From positions 1-33,099 of the IMG/VR virus record IMGVR_UViG_3300017780_006748: a DNA stretch of 33,099 nucleotides; one strand, 5' to 3'. Origin of the DNA: a virus. Lineage: Duplodnaviria; Caudoviricetes. Shown here in pieces: positions 9,081 through 17,633 of the stretch; position 1 is the stretch's first letter, and every line of letters begins with the position of its first letter. Both the position numbers and the translations under genes were made by a program. Below the pieces are notes generated by a model. It was given only the letters and a program-made list of their open reading frames with translations, did no database searches and had not been told where the DNA came from.

Positions 9081-9650
9081 TTATTTTTTTAAAGTTTTTA
9101 AATATTTGATTGTTTCCTCCTTATTTTCTAATAACTTTTTTTTAGTTGAACCAACCCATTTTTCTATATCTCCAGCTTCTGTAATAAAACTTTCATTTGA
9201 ACCATTTATAACCTCATCCATCCAAACACTGTAATCTTTAATTACATGGTCTAAATCTGAATTGATAATATTTTTTTCGTATTCTTCCCATAACCCTAAT
9301 ATACGCAATTCTGTTTCAAAATCAATTTGACAGTTAAAACATCTTTTATACTGGATATAGAATAATTTATCGTTTTTGTTTTTCATTAAATTAGAACAAC
9401 AAGGACAAAATAGTGGGAGAGTTACCTCCTTTTTTGCTTTATCTAATTTAGTAAGATTTTGTTTGATGCCGTTTTTGATAGTCCATTGTCTACCATCTGA
9501 TTCCCATATATCTCCTTCGACATGGAATTCTTGTTGCTTTGTATAACCTATACCGGTTGATGTTTTTTCACCATGTTTACCTGTCATTAGGTTACGAAGG
9601 CGTTGAACGTCTGCTTGTTTAAAGTCTTTTTTTAAAACGTTTTCTGACAT
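9081..9650 (-). CDS. Hypothetical zinc-finger protein
   Basis: CPCC...CFNC pair in a 189-aa ORF. Confidence 0.6.
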   Translation of the reverse strand: MSENVLKKDFKQADVQRLRNLMTGKHGEKTSTGIGYTKQQEFHVEGDIWESDGRQWTIKNGIKQNLTKLDKAKKEVTLPLFCPCCSNLMKNKNDKLFYIQYKRCFNCQIDFETELRILGLWEEYEKNIINSDLDHVIKDYSVWMDEVINGSNESFITEAGDIEKWVGSTKKKLLENKEETIKYLKTLKK

Positions 9651-9653
9651 AAC

Positions 9654-10175
9654 TTATTTTTGTATTTTACGGATAATTTCTTTAATGGTTTCACGTAATG
9701 AATTTTCATCAACTGTTTCTCTATCCGAAGTAGTATAATCAATCCCTGCATTATTCATTACAGTATCAATAATATTTTGCGTTACTTTTTTGGTTGGATT
9801 TTTACTTGACGGAAACAATAGTTCTCCATCTTTAACAACCCAATTTAATAAATTAGGTTTGGATGTCAAAGTTTTAATAAAATCATCTATTGCTTGTTTT
9901 GTTTTAGGAGGGAATGGTTTTCCTCTTTCCTTTTCTAATTTTTTCTTAGCAAATGGTTGATTAGGTCCAAAATGTGTTTCTACAGCTTTATTTACATCTT
10001 TAGTAGCATTTCTTAGATTTGAAACATATGCTCCATAGTTGTCAATATTTTCTAATGCTTTAACTACTTCTTCAACTGATAATACTGTTGGGGTAAGAAC
10101 TAAATCATATGAAGCTTTTTGCATTGCATTATCTCCATCCATTTCTTGTTCTACTAATCTGTATTTGTATTTCAT
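9654..10175 (-). CDS. Hypothetical protein with a leader-like motif at the C-terminus
   Basis: Starts MKYKYRLVE and ends ENSLRETIKEIIRKIQK; ATGA-coupled. Confidence 0.6.
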   Translation of the reverse strand: MKYKYRLVEQEMDGDNAMQKASYDLVLTPTVLSVEEVVKALENIDNYGAYVSNLRNATKDVNKAVETHFGPNQPFAKKKLEKERGKPFPPKTKQAIDDFIKTLTSKPNLLNWVVKDGELLFPSSKNPTKKVTQNIIDTVMNNAGIDYTTSDRETVDENSLRETIKEIIRKIQK

Positions 10176-10693
10176 AAGCCCAATTTTTTTAAATCATTAA
10201 TTGTTTGTTCTGTTGATGTAAATAATATACCAACTCCTCCTCTAGAATTCCATTCATTAATGGTATCTGGACGATCATCAATAAGTATTCTATTTTTACC
10301 TGAGTATTCTTGTTTATTTTCTCTTTTAGCTAAAACTAATTTAGTGCCAGGTGTATTTTCATTTACCCATAAACGTTTTCCATAACGTGAAGATGCTTTT
10401 TCAGATGGAGCTGATAGTAAAGTAGGTTTGTATTTACTAATATATGTCCATAAATTTTTACCATCTTGCATCCAAGGCATTTTAGACCAAAATATATATC
10501 CTATTCCATCTATTAATTCCCAAAACTTATCTGTGCCTAATTTAGATTCAAATGTTTTTGGGTCCATTTTAGAATATTGTTTAAATTGTCTATCAAAGTC
10601 ACACAATACACCATCCATATCACAATATATTTTATATTGAGATGTTTGTTCCTCCTCTTTAATTTGTCTATATATGTCTGTTAATTTATACAT
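10172..10693 (-). CDS. HAD-superfamily 5'(3')-deoxyribonucleotidase-like phosphatase
   Basis: Motif I IYCDMDGVLCDF, motif II LLSAP, a candidate motif III Lys (ENKQ), motif IV ILIDDR...W...GG.GI; leader MYKLTDIYRQIKEEE. Confidence 0.85.
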   Translation of the reverse strand: MYKLTDIYRQIKEEEQTSQYKIYCDMDGVLCDFDRQFKQYSKMDPKTFESKLGTDKFWELIDGIGYIFWSKMPWMQDGKNLWTYISKYKPTLLSAPSEKASSRYGKRLWVNENTPGTKLVLAKRENKQEYSGKNRILIDDRPDTINEWNSRGGVGILFTSTEQTINDLKKLGL

Positions 10694-13379
10694 CTGTTCT
10701 CTTTAATACTACAAATCTACCTTTACCTTGAGGAGTATCAAATTCTAAATTTACATCTTTTCTAAAATATCCTGGTATTCTATTAAATTTATTATCAGTT
10801 AAATTTGCATATACCATATGATAATTTTTGTATGGGGTATTATCCATTGACGATATTCCTATATATTCTGGTTCTGCTTCTTCAGCAAAATCTAATATAA
10901 CTTTATACATTGTAGATAATATTTTAATGTAATTTTCTTTTCCTTCTTGGGGAGTAGAAGTTACATTTTCTTCAGGGTGAAACATTATATTAAAAAATCT
11001 TCCTCCATCATTGTATGGATTTGATACTTGTTTAATGTCATATATATATGTTGTATTTCCTACTTGAAATCTACCTTTATCTAAATTACCATATGTCTCA
11101 ACGGCATTATCTGATGTTAAAGTAATTTCATTTAAAGTATGCCAAAGATTTTCATGTATTGTTCTTGGGCGATTGTATTTTTCTGAGTCTAAAAAGTATA
11201 TTTCATTTACAGGTTTAGGATTTTTTAAACTATCTTCCCAGTTTCTAAAGGTAATATTTCCTTTTAAGTAAGCCTCTTTTTCTAATTCAAGTAGTTCATC
11301 ATCTTCATTAGTGTTAGTAGTATTAATATTTTTTAATCTACCTTCATTATCTTGAATTCTATGAATCATTTCATGAGAATATGAACGTAATATATCTTTT
11401 GGATGTCTATTTAATGTAAACAACGTTATTGAACACTCATTTGGGTTGTAATATGCTGTTTTACCAAATATATTATCAGCGTTGTTAGAATCGTTGTCTA
11501 TTAGTTTTAATGACGGTAATGGTAATATATTCATATCATTTTCTATCATGTAAGTAGTTAATGATAACATTGCGTCTTTTAGTGTTGTTGGTAACGGACT
11601 ATCACATCCACACTGTTCATTAAATTGAACTTTAGGATTAGATGATTGAAAATTTTTTTTGCGCATTATTGTTTTAGCAATAACAGAATTTGCTTGTTGA
11701 ATTAAAGGAATATTGATGTTTGTTTTATTATCCGTTGCTACTATTTCTTTATACTTTTTAAGAAAACTAATTAATTGACCTTTTTTATATGATAAACGTT
11801 TAAAAAATTCTATAAGTTCATCTGACGTAATGGGTGTAAGATTTCTAGGATCATTTAATCTATCAAAAAAATGTGAAGAAAATTCTATGTCTAATGGGTC
11901 TAGTTCTTTATCTGCAAAATCTTCTACTGATTGAAGTGATGATTGAGACATTTCATTTACACTATCCATTCCTAAAACATTAGATACTTCTTTTTCGTCT
12001 ATACCATCAGGAAGAAATTTAGAAATATCTTCACCTGATTTTAAAGCATTTCTGAAGTCAGTAGCATTAATATTTTCACCACCTGACGTAGTAGTTCCTC
12101 CATCAAATACTTCGGCATTCATATAACGAGGATCTTTACCTACATTTCTGTATCTGCTTTCTTCTCCTTTACCATATACTGCTACATAATGATTGTTTAG
12201 ATTTGCTTCGATAGTATCTAAAACATATTTCACTGGTGATTCGTTGATAATTTTAACATCAAGTTTTCCACCTAATAATGTATTATATAATTCCCAAATT
12301 TCTTTACTTTGTTCAGCAGTTATACCTTCAACTTCTCTACCTGAAATTATTATTTCTACTTTATCTACTTTTTCAAGTAACTTTTTAGCTACTTCAAAAT
12401 GGCCTTTATGAGGTGGTTTAAATTTACCTGGGTACAATGCAATCGATTCTCTAGTAATTTCTTCAAATAGTAGATCTGAAATTAGTTCTTTAACTAGACC
12501 TTTAAATAACATATTTTCCAACATACTATCTACTTTGGCTTTAGCTGCTAATTTATTATCACCTTTAGGTGTACCTGCTTCTCCAGCATTTATTACAACT
12601 AATGAATTAAATACTCCTTTTACACGATTTCTTGAGCGAGGATTTTTTAATTTAGAATTGATATCGTTTAATAAATCTTCCCAAGTCCCATCTAATTTAT
12701 AGTTTTGAAACAATTTTAATATATTACTCCAATCGAACGATGTCCAAATTTCATTTCTACCTAGTTCTTTAAAATTGTCTCCTAATGTAACTAAACGTAA
12801 TGTTAAACCTTTATTTGATAAATTAAATTCAAATTCTTGATTTTTTTCTAATTTTGGAACATCAGTGATTCCTAAACGTTTAAATAATTCTGTTGGGTTT
12901 TCTTCTAACAATATAGCTTTAGCTAAACCAACTAGTAAACCTTGCTTTTCAGCCGGTAAATCTAAGAAACTTTTTCTGTAGTCACTTTCTTGTTCAGATG
13001 CAACAATCATGTTATCAATTTGAACATTTAAATCTGGGTATCCTTCAATTGGGAATTGTACTATTACTATATCTCCAGTACCTGCTGCTTTTTTACCTAC
13101 ATGACGACCTGATTTGAATGGGACAGTTATGTCATCAGAGAGTGAAGATATATATGATGCAAAATTTTGTTTAAGTTTTTTTCTATCTTGTTCATCACCT
13201 TCAATATGAATAACTAAATCAATATCTCCATGATCTGGTTTTACTGAAGTGTTATATGAACCAGATATTTTTGCTGATTTAAAACCAGGGAATTTTCTTA
13301 ATACTTTTTCAATATATGATTTAAGAGTAGTTTCAACTGCTGCTCTTGGGATTCGATTTGCTCCTATTGAACCTGACAT
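10686..13379 (-). CDS. 897-aa multidomain protein: Pol-beta NTase, HxGH (cytidylyltransferase/NMNAT-like) NTase, possible RelE-like RNase, HExxH metallopeptidase, unknown C-terminal domain
   Basis: ISGS-x10-DID...VQID (about 13010-13265); YPGKFKPPHKGH (about 12399-12435) with INATDFR; FSSHFFDRLNDPRN (about 11841-11880); HEMIHRIQ...ELEKEAY (about 11270-11375). Confidence 0.8.
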   Translation of the reverse strand: MSGSIGANRIPRAAVETTLKSYIEKVLRKFPGFKSAKISGSYNTSVKPDHGDIDLVIHIEGDEQDRKKLKQNFASYISSLSDDITVPFKSGRHVGKKAAGTGDIVIVQFPIEGYPDLNVQIDNMIVASEQESDYRKSFLDLPAEKQGLLVGLAKAILLEENPTELFKRLGITDVPKLEKNQEFEFNLSNKGLTLRLVTLGDNFKELGRNEIWTSFDWSNILKLFQNYKLDGTWEDLLNDINSKLKNPRSRNRVKGVFNSLVVINAGEAGTPKGDNKLAAKAKVDSMLENMLFKGLVKELISDLLFEEITRESIALYPGKFKPPHKGHFEVAKKLLEKVDKVEIIISGREVEGITAEQSKEIWELYNTLLGGKLDVKIINESPVKYVLDTIEANLNNHYVAVYGKGEESRYRNVGKDPRYMNAEVFDGGTTTSGGENINATDFRNALKSGEDISKFLPDGIDEKEVSNVLGMDSVNEMSQSSLQSVEDFADKELDPLDIEFSSHFFDRLNDPRNLTPITSDELIEFFKRLSYKKGQLISFLKKYKEIVATDNKTNINIPLIQQANSVIAKTIMRKKNFQSSNPKVQFNEQCGCDSPLPTTLKDAMLSLTTYMIENDMNILPLPSLKLIDNDSNNADNIFGKTAYYNPNECSITLFTLNRHPKDILRSYSHEMIHRIQDNEGRLKNINTTNTNEDDELLELEKEAYLKGNITFRNWEDSLKNPKPVNEIYFLDSEKYNRPRTIHENLWHTLNEITLTSDNAVETYGNLDKGRFQVGNTTYIYDIKQVSNPYNDGGRFFNIMFHPEENVTSTPQEGKENYIKILSTMYKVILDFAEEAEPEYIGISSMDNTPYKNYHMVYANLTDNKFNRIPGYFRKDVNLEFDTPQGKGRFVVLKRTDV

Positions 13380-14341
13380 TATGCTTTTTTGTATTTAGTT
13401 AATTTAGAATCATCTGGTAAGAATTTACCTTTGAGTCCTAAACGATCTTGATTTGCAATCCAATAATCATGTATATCAAATGGGATATCTGCTCTTGTTG
13501 AATCTAATATTTTTAAGTATGTATCTAGTATTTGATTTAATTTTTCTTTAGGTAAATTTTTCTTTAAAGCATTCATTAATTCAAAATAGTCATTTAATAT
13601 ATCTTGAGATAAATTAAGATTGTATCCTTTATTTAATACATTTATTGCTTCTTGAGGATTTGTTGCTAAAGTTTCTCCTGTTGCTTTCGAAGTAACACCT
13701 GTACTATGTTTAAACATCATATCTAAGGCTTGAAACATAGCTAACATTAATTGTGTTCTATGTAAACCTTTAACATTGTCTTTATATGTATTTGAATAGT
13801 AACTAAAAGTTAGCCAATCTAAATTACCTACATTAATATCTATTTGTACTGATTTTTCAGGTAGTTCTTTACTCTCTTTATCAAATTGAGGGAACATACA
13901 AAATATTGAACCACCACCTGCTGCTTTAATGTCAGTATCTATAAACTGTGACTTTTTTTCAATACCTATAGCTATTAATTCTAACATAGCTCTTAATTTA
14001 CTTTGAGTTTCAGTAGCTGATCTTGTACGTTTTCTTATTTTTTCATATAAAGCATCAAATTCCGCTTTATCAATATCCCAACTATCTAATAATGGTGTAC
14101 CATCTTTAGTCATAAATTGATCAACACTCATACCTAAGTCAATATCCCCTGACTCATCTTTTTTACCAACAGATCCTAATGTACTAAATTTAAAATCTAC
14201 TTTTGGGTAAATACGTTTAAGTTCAGCTACAAATTTGGCTAGTGTTGGTTGTATATATTCTTTCTTAATGGAGGAGGTAGTGCCAAAGACATTACCTCCC
14301 TCATTGATTATTTCATTTAAAATCTTAATTAAAGATATCAT
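13379..14341 (-). CDS. Pol-beta-superfamily nucleotidyltransferase
   Basis: LGSVGKKDESGDIDL and VQIDIN supply the hGS...DhD...D triad; leader MISLIKILNEIINE. Confidence 0.8.
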   Translation of the reverse strand: MISLIKILNEIINEGGNVFGTTSSIKKEYIQPTLAKFVAELKRIYPKVDFKFSTLGSVGKKDESGDIDLGMSVDQFMTKDGTPLLDSWDIDKAEFDALYEKIRKRTRSATETQSKLRAMLELIAIGIEKKSQFIDTDIKAAGGGSIFCMFPQFDKESKELPEKSVQIDINVGNLDWLTFSYYSNTYKDNVKGLHRTQLMLAMFQALDMMFKHSTGVTSKATGETLATNPQEAINVLNKGYNLNLSQDILNDYFELMNALKKNLPKEKLNQILDTYLKILDSTRADIPFDIHDYWIANQDRLGLKGKFLPDDSKLTKYKKA

Positions 14342-14354
14342 TCTCAGTATTTGT

Positions 14355-14363
14355 CATAAATAT
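14355..14363 (-). promoter_or_regulatory. Variant late motif ATATTTATG
   Basis: In the 23-nt gap between the nuclease stop and the NTase ATG. Confidence 0.5.
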
Positions 14364-14364
14364 A

Positions 14365-15159
14365 TTAAGATATTGGTTCAATTTGGATTTCAGTGGGAAA
14401 ATCATTACTCTTCGGAGTTGGGTTGGGGTGCTCCAATTTATACAACTCATGTATGTGTTCAAATATTTTTAAATTTTCCTCAATTGATTTTTCAGGTTCA
14501 TGTACTTCCCATCCTTTACCTTGAATTTTTTCGCCTTTTTTATCTTCACCACGTTTTGATGATTTCATCCATAATATACCAATGCGATCAATTTTTTCAG
14601 CATATAACTCATTCCATGCCTGAGCATACGCTGATAATTGGAAATCTTGACTAGCATGTAATGAATTTGATGTTTTAATGTCTAGTAGCCATTTTTCGCC
14701 TTTTATCTCTAATACTAAGTCACACGTTCCAGCAAATGTATATACTTCAGAAAATAAATGTATTTCGCTTTCAATTAATATTGGCTTATATGTTACCCAA
14801 AATTCGTGGAATTTTAAAATCATTTTCCAAACATCTAATGAATATTTTGAAAAACCTTCTTCATTGATTAATGTAATTTTTTCACCTTGAAGATATCTTT
14901 CAATAGCATCATGTACTTGTGTACCTTCATCTGCTGCTTTTCTAGATATGATGTCAGCGTTATGTCCTACATCTTTTAACCAATTTTCAAAAAATTTACC
15001 TTTAGGCATATACTGTAGTATACTTGTTACAGATGGATAGTATTTACCATTTCTGGTGTAGTATCTATTGTCTAAGATGTTTACTCGTTTTGATTCAGTG
15101 TCTACTTCTACTAGGCGTTTAACGCTTTTCTTAAAGACATTTACATTTTTTTCTATCAT
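14365..15159 (-). CDS. PD-(D/E)XK exonuclease (phage Cas4/RecB-like superfamily)
   Basis: YPSVTSIL...GTQVHDAIE...ESE...AGTCDLV...LLDIKTS...QLSAYA. Confidence 0.85.
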   Translation of the reverse strand: MIEKNVNVFKKSVKRLVEVDTESKRVNILDNRYYTRNGKYYPSVTSILQYMPKGKFFENWLKDVGHNADIISRKAADEGTQVHDAIERYLQGEKITLINEEGFSKYSLDVWKMILKFHEFWVTYKPILIESEIHLFSEVYTFAGTCDLVLEIKGEKWLLDIKTSNSLHASQDFQLSAYAQAWNELYAEKIDRIGILWMKSSKRGEDKKGEKIQGKGWEVHEPEKSIEENLKIFEHIHELYKLEHPNPTPKSNDFPTEIQIEPIS

Positions 15160-16088
15160 ATTATTTGTAGTTTTTTCTCAAGTAAGTTTGAGAATGTTAA
15201 AGGTAAAGTGTTTTGTATTAGGTTAGTAAATTTTACGAACCCCATATCGCTAGGGTCTTTATCGTCTAAATCTACCAAGTAAACCTCTTTACCTTCATTT
15301 ATTAAAGCTTCACAAAAATTTAAAGCTTGTTTCATAGCATCTTTATCTAATGCAATATATATTTTTTGTACTGTTGAATTAATAATTTTTTTCATTAAAC
15401 TATTTTGAATTGTTTTTCCTAATAATGGAACAACATTTCTTTTAATAGCCATAGCATCAAACATACCCTCACATAAAGTAATAGGTGCATTCCAATTTAT
15501 AAAAAGTTCTAACCCAATTATATCTCTTGATACATCTGGGTTTTTATATTTAATTGATGAGTTTTTATTAAAATTTCTGGAGATGAAGTAGTTAAGGTTT
15601 CCTTTATCATCATATGATGGTATGATAATCATGTTAGAATATATACCAAATTCACAATAACCTATATTATATTTAATAATATCTTCTCTTGTAGTATTTC
15701 GTGTTTTTAAATAATGTAATGCATGTTTTGCAGTTAAACTATTTGGTGGGTTTAGTAAGGATATAAATTCTTTAGGTAGTGCAATTTTTTTACTTACAAC
15801 TATTTCATTATACTCTTTAGATGTTGATTTAACTAAAAATCGTAGTTGATCTACTTTATCTTGATCTGCTTCTATTTTTTTAAATAATGTAGTTAGTTTT
15901 TTACCTTTAAAACTACAAGCCCAACAATTATATGATTGAAAATGAGATGAACTTTCATTCAAATTAATTTCAAGTTTTGGTTTATGGTGTTTGCATTCAG
16001 GGCAAGTGTATGCTCTGTTGCCTTTAGAGGTTGATTTACCTTTACCTAAGACAGAATCTATCAAATATACTAAAGCTGTAGTATCCAT
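15156..16088 (-). CDS. DnaG-type DNA primase
   Basis: Zinc finger CPEC.H...CWAC, IIIP...YFISR, KYKNP, TOPRIM LCEGMFDAM...ALDKDA, KDPSD. Confidence 0.9.
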   Translation of the reverse strand: MDTTALVYLIDSVLGKGKSTSKGNRAYTCPECKHHKPKLEINLNESSSHFQSYNCWACSFKGKKLTTLFKKIEADQDKVDQLRFLVKSTSKEYNEIVVSKKIALPKEFISLLNPPNSLTAKHALHYLKTRNTTREDIIKYNIGYCEFGIYSNMIIIPSYDDKGNLNYFISRNFNKNSSIKYKNPDVSRDIIGLELFINWNAPITLCEGMFDAMAIKRNVVPLLGKTIQNSLMKKIINSTVQKIYIALDKDAMKQALNFCEALINEGKEVYLVDLDDKDPSDMGFVKFTNLIQNTLPLTFSNLLEKKLQII

Positions 16089-16095
16089 AATAAAT

Positions 16096-16127
16096 TAAAT
16101 ATAAGTAAGAATTTTTGGGAAGCCTAG
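16096..16127 (-). promoter_or_regulatory. Bacteroidota-type housekeeping-sigma promoter (-33/-7) for the primase-nuclease pair
   Basis: Coding strand CTAG-N20-TATATTTA, 7 nt before the ATG. The Bacteroidota consensus is (T)TTG-N19-21-TAnnTTTG, so each element has a mismatch. Confidence 0.5.
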
Positions 16128-16132
16128 TTTTA

Positions 16133-16795
16133 CTAGTATAACTTTGTTAATGTTGCTGTGTTACTAATAATCCATTTTCCACCCACTGGATCTGTGGAAG
16201 ATGTTTCTACACATGTTAAAGTTATTTTACCATATGTTCCATTAGAAGCAGTAATTTGGACAAAACCATATGAACCAGATAATGAAGCTGAAATTGGAGG
16301 ATTGACTAATTGAATCCCATCAAAAATAAGTTTGTGAGGTATAGCTATAATAGGATTAAGACATGTAAACCATGTTCCTGCTCCTACAGTAGATAATGAG
16401 GCAATAAGTGTCCAATCATTAAGTTGAGGGAAAGGATCACCAGTATTCCAATCATCTCCTCCGTTATCAAATTGATATATGGAATATGGAGTCATTCCTA
16501 AAGGAAAAAGATTACCTGTAGGATTATCTAATGTACAAAAACAAAGAGTACTAAATAATATACCACCATAATAAGTATTTATTAAATTATCTATGTTATT
16601 TGATGCGGTTGTAACCATACCACTATCTATTGATCCTACCACTTCCGGATATAAATCTATTTCATATGTTCCTGTTCTAAATTCAAAAGGTGTTAATCCA
16701 CTTCCAATAATCTGTTGATTATCATGTTGGAGAATATATATACCTGGGGTATATAATTCTGTTGGGGGTGGGAGTGGTGTTGGAACGTATGTCAT
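16133..16795 (-). CDS. Distal portion of a tail fibre / receptor-binding protein (probable continuation of 16797-17630)
   Basis: ATG at 16795 lies one base after the upstream TAA. QQII...GFVQ...ITLTCVETSS...WIISN matches the C-terminus of paralog 17634-18629. Confidence 0.65.
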   Translation of the reverse strand: MTYVPTPLPPPTELYTPGIYILQHDNQQIIGSGLTPFEFRTGTYEIDLYPEVVGSIDSGMVTTASNNIDNLINTYYGGILFSTLCFCTLDNPTGNLFPLGMTPYSIYQFDNGGDDWNTGDPFPQLNDWTLIASLSTVGAGTWFTCLNPIIAIPHKLIFDGIQLVNPPISASLSGSYGFVQITASNGTYGKITLTCVETSSTDPVGGKWIISNTATLTKLY

Positions 16796-16796
16796 A

Positions 16797-17630
16797 TTAT
16801 GGTATAATATTTGGAGAAAAATGAACAAATATTTCTATAGTATCTCCTATATTAATAGAAGAAGTTGGTAAATAAAAAACAACTGTTTCCGGGAGTGATG
16901 GAGTTACTAATTGAGCTATAGTTGCTACTTTAACGTGTCCTCCTGAGAGTTGGAGTGGATTAAATGGAGCGTTACCAATAGGAATATTATCGTATAAATA
17001 TCCTTGATATGGAGGATATGGAATAGGAACATTAAATGTTGAATTATCGTATTTAGTAAATTTAATACTTCCTGTATCTAAAGAGGCAGTTATTAAAACT
17101 CCATTTAAATTATTTATATTTATTGATTGAGTTATTTCAAAAACATTATTTGTATGATTTATTTCAATATTTGGACCTGCTACTAAATTAATATAAGATG
17201 CAGTTCCTAATAATGAACCTGTAAATGAACCAGTAAATGAACCAGTATTATATGAGCCAGTAAAGTTATTAAACGGAGCATAACTACTTGTTAAAGAAGC
17301 ACTTATTCCAAATGCTGTACCTACTTGATTAATATTAATATTGGGGCCCGCTACTAAATTTACATATGATGCTGTTAAGGCTGTTCCAGGTATCCAATTA
17401 AAAGATGAAGTATTAAATATTTTTTTAGTAGATGGATTGTAAGTTAAAATATTAGTAGCAGAAGATGTTCCTAGTCCATTAAAATACACAGATCCGGTTG
17501 TTGTTAATGAACCAGATATAGTTATGTCATAAGCTTCAACACCTGTTAATGCATCTATACTTTGAGAAACATGAGCTGCCTCTATTAAACTACCTGAGGA
17601 TATTCCTGCATTTGATAATGTTAAAGCCAT
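16797..17630 (-). CDS. Tail fibre-like protein, paralog 2 (proximal part)
   Basis: HVSQSIDALTG...YDITISGSL, TGSF repeats, two TASY.NLVAGPNI.I repeats; ends just after LPTSSINIGDTIEI. Confidence 0.7.
   Translation of the reverse strand: MALTLSNAGISSGSLIEAAHVSQSIDALTGVEAYDITISGSLTTTGSVYFNGLGTSSATNILTYNPSTKKIFNTSSFNWIPGTALTASYVNLVAGPNININQVGTAFGISASLTSSYAPFNNFTGSYNTGSFTGSFTGSLLGTASYINLVAGPNIEINHTNNVFEITQSININNLNGVLITASLDTGSIKFTKYDNSTFNVPIPYPPYQGYLYDNIPIGNAPFNPLQLSGGHVKVATIAQLVTPSLPETVVFYLPTSSINIGDTIEIFVHFSPNIIP
17203..17264. repeat. 62-bp direct repeat, copy 1, containing 12-bp tandem units (encodes FTGSYNTGSFTGSFTGSLLG)
   Basis: 59/62 identical to 18199-18260 by hand alignment. Confidence 0.9.
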
Positions 17631-17633
17631 TTA

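Noticed and set aside
10686-14341. CBASS or MNT-HEPN toxin-antitoxin assignment for the NTases
   Set aside because: No Cap effector, E1/E2/JAB or HEPN partner is recognisable; only the general Pol-beta fold is supported.
14365-15159. Calling the nuclease Cas4
   Set aside because: It lacks the four-Cys Fe-S cluster pattern and any CRISPR context; it fits a generic phage exonuclease.
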